DNA of 64,000 nt from Eledone cirrhosa (Eukaryota). The position numbers were made by a program, and so were the translations under genes. Shown here one piece after another: positions 12,138 to 26,590 of this stretch (its first letter is position 1; every line of letters begins with the position of its first letter). The notes beneath the pieces are model-generated. The model did no database searches. It saw only the letters and a list, made by a program, of their open reading frames with translations, and had not been told where the DNA came from. The stretch is from assembly GCA_964016885.1 (NCBI GenBank), contig OZ024745.1:25854001-25918000 (forward strand), written 5' to 3'.

Positions 12138-13608
12138 GTCACCCGTTCATTTTCTTTGTTTATTGTCCACCACAGATTAACAATACGACACAATGAATAG
12201 TATTGCAGAAGCAGAATCGTTAGAACACAGGACAATATGCCTTGTGGTATTTGTTACGTTCTAATTTCAAATCCAGCTGAGGTCAACTTTACTTTCCAGG
12301 TTCACTAAAATAAAGTTTGTTCCCCAACTCCACAAATTTCTGGCTTTGTGCCTGTGTATTCGTAGAATTTATAGAACATCAATAACATTTCCTCAACGCA
12401 TAACTGTTCTGTTAGAGAACGGGTCGCAGGTGGCGGATAGTTATACGGCCATCAGATATGATGGCTAGTTGCGATATAATCAGGAAATTGCCGGACGGAT
12501 AGGCAACCCCGGACCAACAGCGGTAAACTACTAGGGGAGATGGAGCAACGGGTGATACCTGTAGCTCCCAAGAAAACTCCAAGAAGAAGAAGCTATTTAT
12601 TCCAGTTTTTACGTTCTGTGTTCAAATCCTACTGAACTCAGTTCTGCCTTCCATCCTTCTGAAGTCGATAATATAAAGTACCAGTCAAATACTAGGGTCC
12701 ATATTATCTATCAACTTTCTCCTCGTCCCTAGCCAAATTGCTGGCCTTGTGCCTAAATTTGAAAAGATTATTATTAATGATAATATGGTAATGTGTGCTA
12801 TATCATAACGTGGTGTGATACGACGCCGTATGATATAGTATGGCGTGATATGGTGTGTTATTTTTTCTGCTCTGTCGAGAATCATGTGGTTTACACCCTG
12901 TCTGTCAACATTTGAACAAATCTCACATAAACACCCGCCTGTGAATGGGCGATTACATTAAACTCGAAGAAAAATAACTTGGAATATTTTATAACTCTGT
13001 TTTTTATTTTCTTTACCATACTCATCTAAATCAATTTGTTTGAAATCGTTGAATTTGCTTTAACAACTTTTATACCAACACACCTGAAACTACTGCCACT
13101 AGTTCTATGATACAGACACTTTATTTTAAAGTGTCGTTGTTAATCTAAAAACTTTCCATTGTAATTTTATATATGAACCTTTGTTAGATTAACAATTGAA
13201 TAAGGTATTTAACGAAATCACTTAATCTTTAACCCTCCAAAATACTTCAGCAACGCCTCTGTAGTCACTGCCTCCCCCTCTCTTTCTCTCTCCCTCTCTC
13301 ACTACTATAAGCAAATGGGGGGACCACGCGCTGGTCGCCCCACGGCCCTGGCGGACTGAATAGAGAAGGCGTTTCCCTGGAGGATGTTCCAAACACCAAC
13401 TTGGTAATAAGAAAAGTTATTTTATTAAACTCCATGATTATCTTCAGAATGACTTGACAATTTAAAAGCAGTGTTTTTCCTTACGAAAAGTTACATTACT
13501 ATTATTTCTATATATTTCAGATGAAAATTCTAAAGCATAATATTTACAGAACATAACTTCCACATCGTAAGTATTCTTCAATTATTTTTTTTATTTTGCT
13601 ACAGCACG

Positions 13609-13653
<45 letters not shown>

Positions 13654-14538
13654 TATAAAGTATGTCCATAGAATCCTTTGATTCTCCATATATACTCCAT
13701 TTCCTCTCCCAATTAGCATAATCAACCACACAAAAAACCAATTAAACCAGGCTGTAAAATTAAAAGGCACATATGAAAAAATAGTGGATAAATAAACAAC
13801 ATCCATCTATTCGCGGTCAACCGCTATAGAATATTTACCCAACATTTCAATAGCACGTGGAAATCGATTAAATATACCGTCAACCATACACAATTAGATA
13901 TAAAATTAAAATATATATTTCACTTACATTTTGACTATTTTTCTAATATACTTTCTAAATTCCATATGCACTTTATTTTATTATTCTATTGTAAGTCGCA
14001 ATCGGTGTCCATCGCTGGGATTCGACACAAACATGCTAGCAAGTCAACAAGGGAGTACCTCAGTGGTTGTTTGATCCGTTGCCTAATTTAAATCTTGGTT
14101 ACTTTTAGCAGAGTCTCTACTCTGCTGCAAACACTCGGATCAGTCTCCAGTTTGAGGAAGCCTTCCTACTCCCTCCATCATCAATTTCGGAGACTAGAAA
14201 AGGATCATGGACACTGCCCTTCTTCCCTTGACTTAACCAATGGGAAAACAAAAAAAAGTATATTGGCTAAATTTCCCTCAATTTCATCCTATATATTGGA
14301 AACGGAAAGGATATGTTCAATACACGTATATGTAGTGTAAATGATGTATTTTCAGTATAATTAAAAAATATAAGAGATTAAGGTACCCATATAACAAGCC
14401 CATGTTAACTGGCGTACTTGGCCCGTCTGGTCTGTCTACCCAGTTTCTAAATCACTTCTAACTAGTGTGACAACTAGCCAACCTCAATTTCACTTAGTTT
14501 CTTATGGTTGTTTGCTAAGATTCAATTACACACACACA

Positions 14539-14619
14539 CAGAGGATGTCCCCCCAAAACGTATACTCATTTCACCAGCATTTTAATAAATATGTGTATAC
14601 ATTTTTGGGTACACCCTGT
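14539..14619. mobile_element. Short Tc1/mariner-type MITE
   Basis: Imperfect TIRs GGATGTCCCCCCAAAACGTATAC / GTATACATTTTTGGGTACACCCTG; related copy at 30356-30457. Confidence 0.55.
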
Positions 14620-14705
14620 ATATATTTATATACACGCTCATGTATAATAATCATTTGACATCTGTTTTCCCTTTTTGCGTGCACACACAACACCTTGCCC
14701 CCCCC

Positions 14706-14742
<37 letters not shown>

Positions 14743-15152
14743 AACGTTATGAACTTTTTCGAATGACCCCCCCCCCCCACACACCTAACTATAAATAACA
14801 ATATGTTTAATCGATCAATGACCCACCCTAAAAATAAAATAAACACTGAGATAAATAAATAAAAAACCTCGCTACAGTTGCATTGTAAAAGATGTATCAG
14901 CCCGTCTGTTGAGGCTTTTAATCTACTGAATTAGTTCTGTAAACTGGTGAAAATATAACGACACAAAATAAAATCAATTAATCTTCTTTTACCCTGGACG
15001 CAAAAGTCCAGTGTCATTTGATGCAAATGATTGAATGAAACCTCAGTATATTACAGCTACATATTTCGTTTCGTTTCATTTCATTCACCCGGTTACCCCC
15101 TGCCATACCACCGTGATGATAATGAAAACCAATAAAAAAAATACGCGTATAT

Positions 15153-15390
15153 GTGGTGGTGATGGTGGTCTGCTAGTGGTGGTGACGGTGGTGGTGGTGG
15201 TTGATGGTGGTAGCGGTGGTGACGGTCGTGATAGTGGTGGTGATGGTGGTGGTAGCGGTGGTGACGGTCGTGGTGATGGTGGTAGCGGTGGTGGTGGTGG
15301 GTGATAGCGGCGGTGATGGTGGTGGTGGGTGGTAGTGATGGTGGTGGTGGTGGTAGTGGTGGTGGTGGTGGTGATGGTGGTGGATGGTAA
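15153..15390. repeat. (GGT)n compound trinucleotide repeat
   Basis: Direct reading. Confidence 0.9.
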
Positions 15391-15728
15391 TGTTTGAAAA
15401 AAGATAACCAATATTAAATAAAAATGAAATAAAATAAAATAAAGTCTTTCTGATGACTCAACCTCGAAGAGAACCCAGTGTAAAAAGACCCAGTAAATAA
15501 TGGAGTCGTCTCCATAAACTGTTGTTGATTTTACCTTCCTTCTTGTCTAGGGTTTTGTCTTGTTTTGGGGGGTTATATTTGGATGAGCACGCGTGCATCT
15601 CTCCCTCTTCCTCTCGTTCTCTCTCTTTCTCTGTATAAAGCATTTTTAATCCATTTTATCATTTTTCTATTGAAGTCAACTTTGTGTATTTATGAATAAA
15701 TGAATGAATGATTGCGGGTATAAATATA

Positions 15729-15773
<45 letters not shown>

Positions 15774-16620
15774 CACAGATACACACACACACTCACATTT
15801 TAAAAGCCGCCTCCCCAATTTCTAAAAGCTATAATACTTTTCTTGTTTTGTTTTTTTTCGTTTTATTTAAGTTAATATTGTGCAGTCGCTAATATCAATT
15901 GTTGGTTCATTTCACAGGAGACTTTATTCCCTCGATTGCACCAGCTATTGGCAATTGGTAGCCCTTGATTAAAAATAGGGGTCTCTGACTGTGTCATCAT
16001 GTTAATTAATGAAGCGTATGAAAACCTTCTGTCTATAGAGAAAGGGCCAGACAGATAGATGGGGTGAGACAGATAGATGGGGTAGAAAACAAGCTGATAA
16101 ATTAAAAAAATAAAAATAAAATAAAATATATATAAAATAACAGTGCCAGCTGTCCACATTGAGTGAGGACCCGGCTGACTCCATAAAAGCACCTCTTATT
16201 TACGTATGACTTGTCAATACCGGAAAACTGTTGGCGTTACTGCTTGTTTTATAGATAGCTTGGGTGTGTATATACATATATATATATATATGATGTGTGT
16301 GTGTATATCTATATATACATATATACATATATATATATTACATATAATGTGATAATGTGGGTGTAGTTGTGTATTAAAGGCCAAGTGGTGTGTTTGGAGG
16401 GGTGATGATATAAAATAAACATAAATACATGTGTACAAGTGTCAATGCTGCTCTCCATGGATGGGAAAAATGTGTGCTTGCTGTAAAAGCTTATTTTTTT
16501 ATGATTCCGAATTAAAGAAAATAATGGGATGCTATATTCATATGAATTACTGAATGCGCACGCACACACACACTCACACACTCACTCACTCACTCACTCA
16601 CTCACACGTAGTAGTAGTAG

Positions 16621-16752
16621 TAAATACAAAGACCAGAATCCAAAGAGGACTTGATAAGGGTTATATATATAAGTATATATAAAACCGTAGAGCAGATATT
16701 TCAGAAGATCCTGCTTTAGGGTGAAAGCAGTTATTGTTAGCTTATACTTTTA
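16621..16752. mobile_element. Rearranged Penelope pLTR end fragment, same family as the element at 56243-58700
   Basis: 16621-16701 is a diverged reverse complement of 58622-58700, joined to 16702-16752, which matches 58560-58610 in forward orientation. Confidence 0.75.
16702..16748 (+). ncRNA. Hammerhead-like motif with CAGAAGA core, stem I disrupted
   Basis: CAGAAGA-TCCT gcttt AGGG-T-GAAA-GC..GC-TT; homologue of 58555-58605. Confidence 0.5.
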
Positions 16753-17079
16753 ATCTCCCGAATGAAACAGTTCTAGTCCTGTAGAAGCGATTTCTATATT
16801 ATATATAAAATATTTAAACTCTGCTATGTATTGAGTACCTTACTTACTGTGGTTATCCCCGATTGAACCCGGGATAAACTTATATAACGAAGGAAGTGTG
16901 GTAAGGAACCAAGTTGACCATAACCCACCAGAGTACTCGATACTTTGGGTAGTAGAGTGGGTAATAGGAAAAGAGTCAGGACCCCGACGGCAGAGTTCAA
17001 GCCGTTTAGACGGCTATTTCAGTCCAGAAATAGCCGTCGAAATGGCTTGAGCTCTGCCATTGCGGTCCTGACTCTTTTC

Positions 17080-17080
<1 letters not shown>
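16753..17080. mobile_element. Family H element (hammerhead 3' half, inverted body, 54-bp-arm terminal hairpin)
   Basis: TCTCCCGAATGAAACAGTTCTAGTCCTGTAGAAGC matches 45716-45750; 16839-16965 is the reverse complement of 45575-45702; hairpin arms at 16967-17020 and 17027-17080; followed by (TA)n. Confidence 0.75.
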
Positions 17081-17154
<74 letters not shown>

Positions 17155-17329
17155 AACATATACATATCCATATTTCCTTATTCACTGAAATATATATTTT
17201 AAAATAATGAGGTAAAATGTTGTTTACATGGATAATCATAAAAAGATGGGATAGTCATGTCAAGATTGACTGGAGGTTGAAGAGAATGTAGTTTATTTTG
17301 GCAAATAAAACCGAATTATAATTTCATGT

Positions 17330-17640
17330 TGGAGCATTCAACAATTGCTGTATATATTTTTTCACGCTCAGAGTTGCTGAAGCATGGAACAAACTACCTG
17401 CATCAGTTGTTAGCTGTCGGAACACTGCATCCTTTAAAACCTCCATGCTTCCCGAGATTCGCCAACACTACACCTAATGTTCTCCCTCCATACACATACA
17501 CACATGTATATCACGACTCATATACTATTCACTTCCCTGACATTTGTATATTATTCTATGTACTATACATGCACCTTTCACGAGTTGTAGTGCACCTGAG
17601 CACTTTACACAATAATTTCATTATTATTATATATTATTAT
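17330..17640 (+). mobile_element. CR1/L2-type LINE 3' end
   Basis: Translates FFTLRVAEAWNKLPASVVSCRNTASFKTSM, matching the conserved FF..RV...WN.LP..VV......FK C-terminus; then a 3' UTR and (ATT)n tail. Confidence 0.75.
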
Positions 17641-17674
17641 ATTCGTCTATAATTGCATATCTATTTTACACATA

Positions 17675-18672
17675 ACAGAATCTATCATATATTTCGTATT
17701 GACTTTTATACATAGTATGTATACTCTACCATATATTTCGTATTGAGTTTTATACATAGTATATAGAAACTACCATATATTTCGTATTAAGTTTTATACA
17801 TAGTATATAGAAACTACCATATATTTCGTATTGAGTTTTATACATAGTATATAGAAACTACCATATATTTCGTATTGAGTTTTATACATAGTATATAGAA
17901 ACTACCATATATTTCGTATTGAGTTTTATACATAGTATATAGAAACTACCATATATTTCGTATTAAGTTTTATACATAGTATATAGAAACTATCATATAT
18001 TTCGTATTGAGTTTTATACATAGTATATAGAAACTATCATATATTTCGTATTGAGTTTTATACATAGTATATAGAAACTACCATATATTTCGTATTGAGT
18101 TTTATACATAGTATATAGAAACTACCATATATTTCGTATTGAGTTTTATACATAGTATATAGAAACTACCATATATTTCGTATTGAGTTTTATACATAGT
18201 ATATAGAAACTACCATATATTTCGTATTAAGTTTTATACATAGTATATAGAAACTATCATATATTTCGTATTGAGTTTTATACATAGTATATAGAAACTA
18301 CCATATATTTCGTATTAAGTTTTATACATAGTATGTATACTCTATCATATATTTCGTATTAAATTTTATACCTAGTATAAAGAAACTACCATATATTTCG
18401 TATTGAGTTTTATACATAGTATATAGAAACTACCATATATTTCGTATTAAGTTTTATACATAGTATGTATACTCTATCATATATTTCGTATTGAGTTTTA
18501 TACATAGTATATAGAAACTACCATATATTTCGTATTAAGTTTTATACATAGTATATAGAATCTACCATATATTTCGTATTAAATTTTATACATAGTATAT
18601 ATACTCTACCATATATTTCGTATTGAGTTTTATACATAGTATATGTTATCTATCGTATATTTTAAATTAAGT
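17675..18672. repeat. 44-bp AT-rich minisatellite, about 22 units
   Basis: Unit ATATAGAAACTACCATATATTTCGTATTGAGTTTTATACATAGT; 17761 to 18421 is 15 x 44. Confidence 0.97.
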
Positions 18673-19179
18673 TTTTGTAGGTTGATTAGATAAGTCGCAT
18701 GCCGGGTTTTTTACGTCGTATTTTCTTGGAACGGCGCTAGTTACACCACACCTATTATACTTAGATCAATAAACTGTACAATCACGTAACACAGTACAGG
18801 TAACTGAATACAAAACACTAACCATGGAATTTACATACCTATATACCTACACTACATTCATATCTATTTATCTACCTCTCACACACGCACACGCACACAC
18901 AGGACTTTGCTGTCTGAATATGGCCAGCTGAGAGAGAAAAACTCTATCCTTGCTATTTTAAGACCGAAACTCATAAGGCTATTCAGATAATAAAACGCAA
19001 GCAAGGGAGTGAACTCCAGTGATCTTGTATGTCTTTTGGTACAATTTAAGACAATGCAATTGGAGTTGACCTTTTCTATAACTCAATTTGGTGTAAACAA
19101 TGGATATGTTTCGCTATAATTATATCTCTTCAGAGAAGCATATCTACTTAGAAATCGGGTTGAATTAAGGAATATATAT

Positions 19180-19300
19180 CCGTATGTAGTTGACAGCTGA
19201 GAGAAAAGAGTACTCAATACCGAAGTAGAGTTTAAATATTCAGTGAAAAATAGTGAGTCTTTGTACTCGAGAGTTCGCCTGTTTATCACAGGGTCATCAC
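19180..19300 (-). mobile_element. Penelope/retrozyme-like fragment with decayed hammerhead
   Basis: Minus strand TGATGA-CCCTGTGATAAACAGGC-GAA-CTCTCGAG-TA, then AATATTTAAACTCTACTTCGGTATTGAG; homologous to 36478-36600. Confidence 0.65.
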
Positions 19301-19449
19301 ACACACATATATTACATTATATAAACATTATGCTACATTAGTATATAACGTAAAATTATAGTCAGTTGATATTGTGAGGCTTTGAAACATTGTATATTTT
19401 TGGTAACAATTATAGTCGCAGTTGCTATGAGCCATGTTTTTATATAATT

Positions 19450-19660
19450 TCCAATTTAGGCGCAAGGCTAGCAATTTGTGGGGAGGGGAAAATAGATTAT
19501 ATCCACACTAGTTCTTTACTGGTACATTATTTTATAGACTTCGAAAGGATGAGAGGCCAAGTTGACCTCGGTGAGATTTGGCCTCAGAACGTAAAGATTC
19601 GGAACAAAATACTGCGAAGCATTTTTCCAACACTCTAACAACCCTTGTCAATCCACTCTT
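19450..19660 (-). mobile_element. SINE family A
   Basis: Reverse copy with diagnostic tail and B-box region. Confidence 0.75.
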
Positions 19661-21489
19661 TACATAATTCCATAATAACACAAGCAATGGACTCTCAAGG
19701 GAGCTAACTCTATTTTGCAGCCAATTCTTAATATACGTATATATATATCGTCACAAAATCAACACAAGATTCAAGTATGACAATACAATGTAAGCATCTG
19801 ATTGTTACAAGATGATATAATAACAATAATCGAGGAACACATTTTATGGTTATGGGAGAAAGTACCGATAAATCTGTGGCGTTTATGCCTTTCCTCTCAG
19901 AAAATTTTACCGACGATTCGTAGAAGAATGTTCACACTGTTTTTCGATTCACCCACAAAAGCAATAACAGTAACACTAAAATTCGACCCCCCCCCCCCAC
20001 ACACACACACGGCCATTGATCATAGGTCTGCTCAATCAGAAATGACTTGGGTTGAAACATCAACAATAAACATGAATTTAATACTAATGGTTTTTACCTT
20101 TGACTTTAGGTCATAATTTTTGTGTGTGTATGTGTGAAAGTATAATGTCGATTAAATAGATGTCAATACATAACTAATACTTCTGTCACTGACCACAACC
20201 CCGTCCCCAGGGCCTTTAGGATAGGAATTCAAGGCACAAAGTGACAGCACTTAATCGTTTCTGCTCATTTGCCCTCTCTATCTGTTATTTTTCCCTCCGT
20301 GGTCACGATGCCGGTTAACTTATGAGAAGATAACTGGGAGATGGTAACCAACATGATTTTGAATGGATTATGATCTTGTAATGGAGGACCAGTCTAACTA
20401 GGATTCGATTATTCTTTTACTGGTGTTAGTCGTTTGGCGGTGGCCATACTGGGCGCAGTTTTAAGAATACAGTTAGCCCCTACACTTAGTTTTATCGAGT
20501 GGTACTTAAGTTTTTAATCTCGAAAGAATAAGAGGCAAAGGGATCTAAGTGTGATTTGAACTCGGAACGTACACCCCCCCCCCCCCCAACAAAACAACAA
20601 AACCCTGCAATGTGTTTTATTAAACGCTCTACCGATTCAGTCTATATGACTGAGAACTATCTTCCTTTATCACCACCGTCACTATAGTACTTGCCATAAT
20701 TGTAATAGAATTGTGTGTGCGACGGACTAGTGTTCCATCCAGGAGACTGTCTTGTACTCTCAGTTGCTTAACACTACATAAAATCGAGGTAAGATCCCAG
20801 TTGGTAACTGTCTTTGAGAAAGACGTACTAACTCATTCACTAACTATATTATTCTGTTTTATCTATGGCAAATTTCTTGTCAGATGCCATTCCTGACGCC
20901 AACCCATACTTCTTAGCATGATAAGAGATTCACTGATTTAACGATGTTTAGGAGGTGAAGACATACACATACATACATACATGCAAGCGGCTGCCTTTCA
21001 AAGTTCCCCTCTACCCTCCCCCACATATATGTGACGTTTTGTTTTCTAATATCCCATCTAAAATATTTTCATGAAACTAGAAAATTCTTCTTGGTTTAAA
21101 CACCCTATTTAGATATGTTAGTTGAAAGGACTGAGTAAAACCTTTCTTGTTTTCCCTTCCATAAGTTTTGTAATGTAATTCAATTCTTAGTAAGTAATTT
21201 CCTATAATATTAGTTACAATTCTCTATTTCTTACTATTCACAAACACTGTAAATATTTAGAGCTGGGGACTTTTTATTGTCCAATAATATCCAGCCTGTT
21301 TTCTCCCCAGAGTATAATTTTTATGCCACTTTAATGGGTATTAGTTTTTATCATTTACTCTTGGGTATTAAAATCGGGTTTTGAAAAACTTTTTTTAAGT
21401 GAAAGAAGAAAATTTATGGTTTATTTATGAATAAAAAGGATGCAGGAAAAGTACTTTTGACAATACATTAAAGGGCAATAGGTACTGGT

Positions 21490-21630
21490 GAAGGCGCATG
21501 GCTTAGTGGTTAGAGCATTGGGCTTGCAATCGAAAGGTTGTGAGTTCAATTCTCGGACCGGGTGATGTGTTTCCTTGAGCAAGACACTTTATTTCACGTT
21601 GCTCCAGTTTACTCAGCTGTAGAAATGAGA
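21490..21630 (+). mobile_element. SINE family B
   Basis: GAAGGCGCATGGCTTAGTGGTTAGAGC A-box, GAGTTCAATTC B-box, CCTTGAGCAAGACACTTTATTTCACGTTGCTCCAG; other copies at about 33090-33205, 37765-37877, 36820-36915(-) and 51255-51510(-). Confidence 0.8.
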
Positions 21631-24600
21631 TGATAGGACTGGGGTCACTATCATTAAATTACCCAAGACACCTCCAACGAGATATACCTTGGAGGAGGCC
21701 AGCTAAACCTGCATAGGTGTGAGCTGTCTCGCGCGCGCGCACAATAGGTACTGGTATGTGGAGTTGGCCCTTTGGAATCGATTGCCCCTTGAAGCAATTT
21801 CAGTTCCCTTATATTGCCTATGCCATTGTAAGCCCCAATTGTTACTCCTTTCCCTCCTAAACTATAGGCTTGTTGTTTTAGACATAGTGCATATATATAC
21901 ATTTTAGACATAATGTATATATAAACACCTTATCTAATGTGTCCTTTACCTTTATGATTTCAGAGTGATTTCTCTGCTCTTTTTAACAGGTTAAGCAACC
22001 AAATAAAAGAGTGTACATTGACTCAAAGCTATAGGGTATTTGCGCTCAATCAAAATAAACCTATATTTGTTGTCAATCGGTAAGGTTCAACATCGTATGA
22101 CAAAAAGGTACCTTCAAGTTTTCAAATAAACATGAATACAATTGTATGTATTTATAGGACCAGCAAGGTTGGGAAAGACATGAAAGTCACAGCATCTAAT
22201 TTTTCTTTTCTAAAAATGTATAATGTTGTGTCTAGACAATATAAATCAATATTTTTTGACGCCAAGTATTAGTATCTTTTCTCTGGTTTATTTAATTCTT
22301 AATTTCTGCTGTTGATTGAGTCCTTAAGAAATAACTTATAGCTTATTCTGCGCATATGTGAACAGGGACGTAAATATATCGTATGACATGTTAAGTTTAT
22401 TACACAGCTGGTGTAATTTTACGAATCGAATGGATATCCAAATGCATCCGGTAACCGCTTCATTACTATGTTGCAAAGGTCATACGAAAATAATTACTAC
22501 CTTACATACTCCTATTTATGTCTTCGTTGAGAGCCATTAGCGATATTTCCACACGTTTTAAAACAATATATATTTAGTTTCAAGCTATTATCAGTATCGT
22601 AAAAAGCCTCATCTCTTCCATCTCTTTCTAAGAGCCATTCTCAGATTAGTGAGTTGTAAGAAACAGAGGGGTAATGATTTCTTGCATGGGTGCAAAAGAT
22701 TACATATTTTGTGAGGTTTAAGTCTATCAAATCCTTTCAAACATTCAATGAAACTTATTTTATCAACCCCGTTAAATGCTCCTTTCTATCATTTAGAAAT
22801 AAGGTTAAATACAAAATGAAGTTGTAAGAATATATGTTTGTGTGTTGATGTAAACTTACTAATTTGTTCGGAAAAGCTAAACTAGATAGCGTATTAATCT
22901 GAGTGTAGTTGATCTTTTATCAATTAAACACTTCATAAACATGATATAAGGACCGGCTATTGCAGCCACGCAATAAGAAAAACGATTAGCTATTTTCTTA
23001 TCCCGTGTTAGTCGATGGTCGACGCATAGTGCTTTAATAAAAACTCCCTAACATAGATTATGGCGTGACTGAATTTCTTAATATTTATTAATGCAAAACT
23101 GTGGTTTACTTAAAATAGCAATAGCTTGCATTTGTTCGAATGATATCTCCTGTCGAAAAACAATAACATAGGATAGACTAATAGATTTTATCATTAGTAC
23201 TGTTATGTCACCGACGATCAGATTCTGGTCTCATCTGTGCAATATTCTTGGCAAATGCGATGTTATAACTATGCAAGCTTTGTTAAATTTCATTTATTTT
23301 CTTTCTATCGTTTAACCCTGAATATAATGAATGCAGTTAAATGATTTCAATGTAGGGTGATAGAGATCGTAAAACCACAATATTTGTCTCTCTAAACAAA
23401 AGAACTAATTATGTAGTTGGTTTTGACGATCTGTTCATTAACGTTAACTTCCGCCACTCGTACTCACATTATCTCTTATTACCTTGCATTTACATATACT
23501 TATAACCCCGTCTAATTCTTTTAGGGTTTTATTGACAACAGCGCGGCTCCTTAACCATTTTATGTTGTTAGTCTTCTTGAGAACCGAATTGAACTTCGAT
23601 AGTTAGACACGTTGGTAAGTATATTGGGCAAGACACTAGCTACTTACCGAAGTTGAAATATTCGCCACGGTTTTATATCATTCTAGCAGTGATGGCGACG
23701 GTAATGTTGTTGTTGTTGAAAGTGGGAGCTTCGGAGGGGGGTAGGAAATGCCTGTAATTGCTTCGGCAAATGGTTATTCGCTAACTTGAAACGGGAAGTT
23801 AGCAGTTGTTTAGATTCGAGGCGGGAAGGTCAAACAAAGCTACATATTTCAGATATTTCCCTCGGCTGTCACCCAATGTTGTGTTCAAGAAACGCAGACC
23901 TGACTATTTTGTTTTGCTTTTCATTTTACTCGTTTTCGTTGTATATTTTTCATTTAATTCTTAGTTGGTGTTTCTTCTTCATATTTGTTATAGGCTGTTG
24001 TTCCTCAAACATCACGACCATTCCTTCTTCTCTTTACACGTGCCCTCCTCCACCACCATTTTCTCAAAGGTCTCTTAATATCTCTTCCCTTACCTTTCCC
24101 TTTTGTAAGCATAGTAATAACGATAAGCTACGGACAAATACAAACTTACAAACTTTGGAAATGAATCTTCAAACAACTATGATGCCTCTACTTCCTCCCT
24201 CCCTCTCTCTTTCTCTCCAAGTAATGTTTGCCAATGAGTGTTCCTCGTTGTTTCGTCGTCTGACCGGCCATTGATAAAGTTGCCCCGTGTACAAAAGCCG
24301 ATATTAGGAATGTCAAATAATATTTCCACAACATTCTATCCATCTCTCGCCTCCCACATTCATGTTTTACTTGGACTAAAGCTAATGTTTTAGTTTGCTT
24401 CTCTCTCTCTCACATTGTACAATTTATAACCTTTTTCTTTCTAATAATTCCATAGTTTGTTCACTTAGTTTTTACTCATAGTTTCATTTCATTTTCTTTC
24501 TTTTTGAGAGAAAGGAACCAATTTACCCGAAATATTTCTGACATTACCCCCCTCTTAAAAACACACACATTTTATTTATTTAGTAATTTCATTTCTTTTT

Positions 24601-25977
24601 TCTTTTCTTACCTTTATTCTATACCACCACCTACCACAAATCACAAAATAACTAGAACGATGTTTTCTTTTTACCATATGAGTGTTTTCTTACCGTTGTA
24701 GTCTCGCAGATTTCTCTTACCTCTTGCCTACCGCGTAGTATGTACGCTGGCATGAACGCCCGTATTTCACATTTCACATCACCCTTCAGTATTTACAAGT
24801 TCAGACTGTTGGCAAATCTTTTCCCAGTCACTACATAAACACACACTGGTTTATGAATTGGCCACAACATTTTAAATCTCTCTTTTTCTGTTCCATTCTA
24901 AATATAACAATATTTTTTAAAGATAATCAATATTGTCGTAGAATTGGACACTAGCAAGAATTCGTGTTAATCTGCGTTTGTTATAATCTTTTGGATTGCA
25001 GTGACATGATTTGAAACCGTACACTTTATGTACACTGCATCAATAGCAAATCTAGTGGCCATAGAAAGAATTAGAAATTAATTATTCAGTTGTTGTAAAG
25101 GCCTAGTGGTTAGAAGTGTTGGGCTCACGGCCGTGAGTTCAATTCCTGAGACTGGCGCATTGTAATGGTTTGACCTGAACGATACTTAAAACACTGATGA
25201 TCTAGGCAGATTCGACAAACAAAATATTTGACAGGGTGTTAGCTTTGTCATAGGTATTAAATTTCTACTACGGTCGAGTGGGATATTTATAAAGTTCACT
25301 CGGATGGACTCCCTGTAAATATATCTTTCTATGCAGTATAATGATATAGTAACGCTGATGATGATACCTATGAAATTATAGTTGTAAAAGAAGTATTAAC
25401 AATTTTAGCTACAAGATAATATTTAGCACAGATGTAAGACGAACAGTTCCAGTGGACCACCAACAAAATAATAGACGTATAGGTTTCAAACTGTAAGCGC
25501 ACCCACACTCACACTCACACATACATGTAAGTAGATCTTTCTCGTTATGTTCTCGTCTATTTCCTCAATGCTTTAAAAATCACGGTTAGCTTTTAAAATG
25601 TTATGTTGATATAGCATGAAATCTGAAACGAAACTGCCTTACAACGAGAGAGAGAGAGACACAGTGTGTGTGAGAGAGAACTTCCTGTTTGTAATACTCA
25701 ATCTTCGTTATGGTTATTGTTGCGTTATTTCTCCATGTACACCGCCTTTTTGTTGCCAAGGGAGGGAATTTAAGCCGAATACGTGTTAGTCTTATTATTC
25801 GTATACAGGGAAGAGAGGGGTTATACTAGAAGTCTATAGGTGTTATTTTGGCTTTGATTACACTCAAATTATGTTGCCTCTATTTGTAAAACATTTAAAC
25901 ACAAACTAAATAAACTCTTTCAAAATTTTGGTAGAGTATGCTTTTATTATTGAATCATCATTATTTTAACTATGAGT

Positions 25978-26195
25978 GAGGGCGGTGGATTGGTAGTATC
26001 GGTAGAGAGTCGGGCACCATGCTTTGCAGCATAGAGTTACGGCCCTTTACGGTCTGAGTTCAAATCCCGCCGAGGTTAACTTTGCCTTTCATCCTTACGG
26101 GGTCGATGAAATAAAGCACCAGTAATGTATTGCGGTCGATTTAATCGACGCTCCCCTCCCCCAAATTACTGGCCTTGTGCCTATACTAGAAATCC
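25978..26195 (+). mobile_element. Full-length SINE family A with 17-bp TSD
   Basis: Complete head-to-tail copy flanked by TTATTTTAACTATGAGT at 25961-25977 and 26196-26212. Confidence 0.92.
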
Positions 26196-26325
26196 TTATT
26201 TTAACTATGAGTTCAAACCCTTCCACTTCCAAAGTCCAATTTGCATTTCATTCCCTGGAAATTGATATAATATGTATGAGTCAAATACTGGCCATCGGTA
26301 AAATCGACACTACGTCACATACATT

Positions 26326-26590
26326 TGTGACGTTAGGAGTGCAGAGATGGGTGTAGCTGACTCCCAGCTAGCTGCGAAGTGTTTGTATTGGTTGACTGAG
26401 ATGAAACATCACCTCTACGAACTCACAGCTGAGTGATGCTCAAATCAGAGAGCTGACCTGGATACTTTCAACACACTCACGGACCAGGTTGTGGCCTTAT
26501 ACCGGACCACGGATTGATTCTGACACTCGAGTCTCCACTATATTATACCTCACCATATTAAATAGATTGCAAAATAAAGTGTCTGTTACA
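26326..26590 (+). mobile_element. Possible solo LTR
   Basis: TGTGAC...GTTACA termini, AATAAA near the 3' end, higher GC than flanks; no TSD visible. Confidence 0.3.

Noticed and set aside
7950-18672. 48-bp and 44-bp arrays as CRISPR arrays
   Set aside because: No unique spacers, no cas genes, eukaryotic context.
18908-18986. CTGAATA..GACCGAAACTCATA hammerhead-like spacing
   Set aside because: Core mismatch and weak stems.
21490-21565. tRNA genes at SINE heads
   Set aside because: A and B boxes are present, but the acceptor stem is absent and the sequence runs into SINE bodies.
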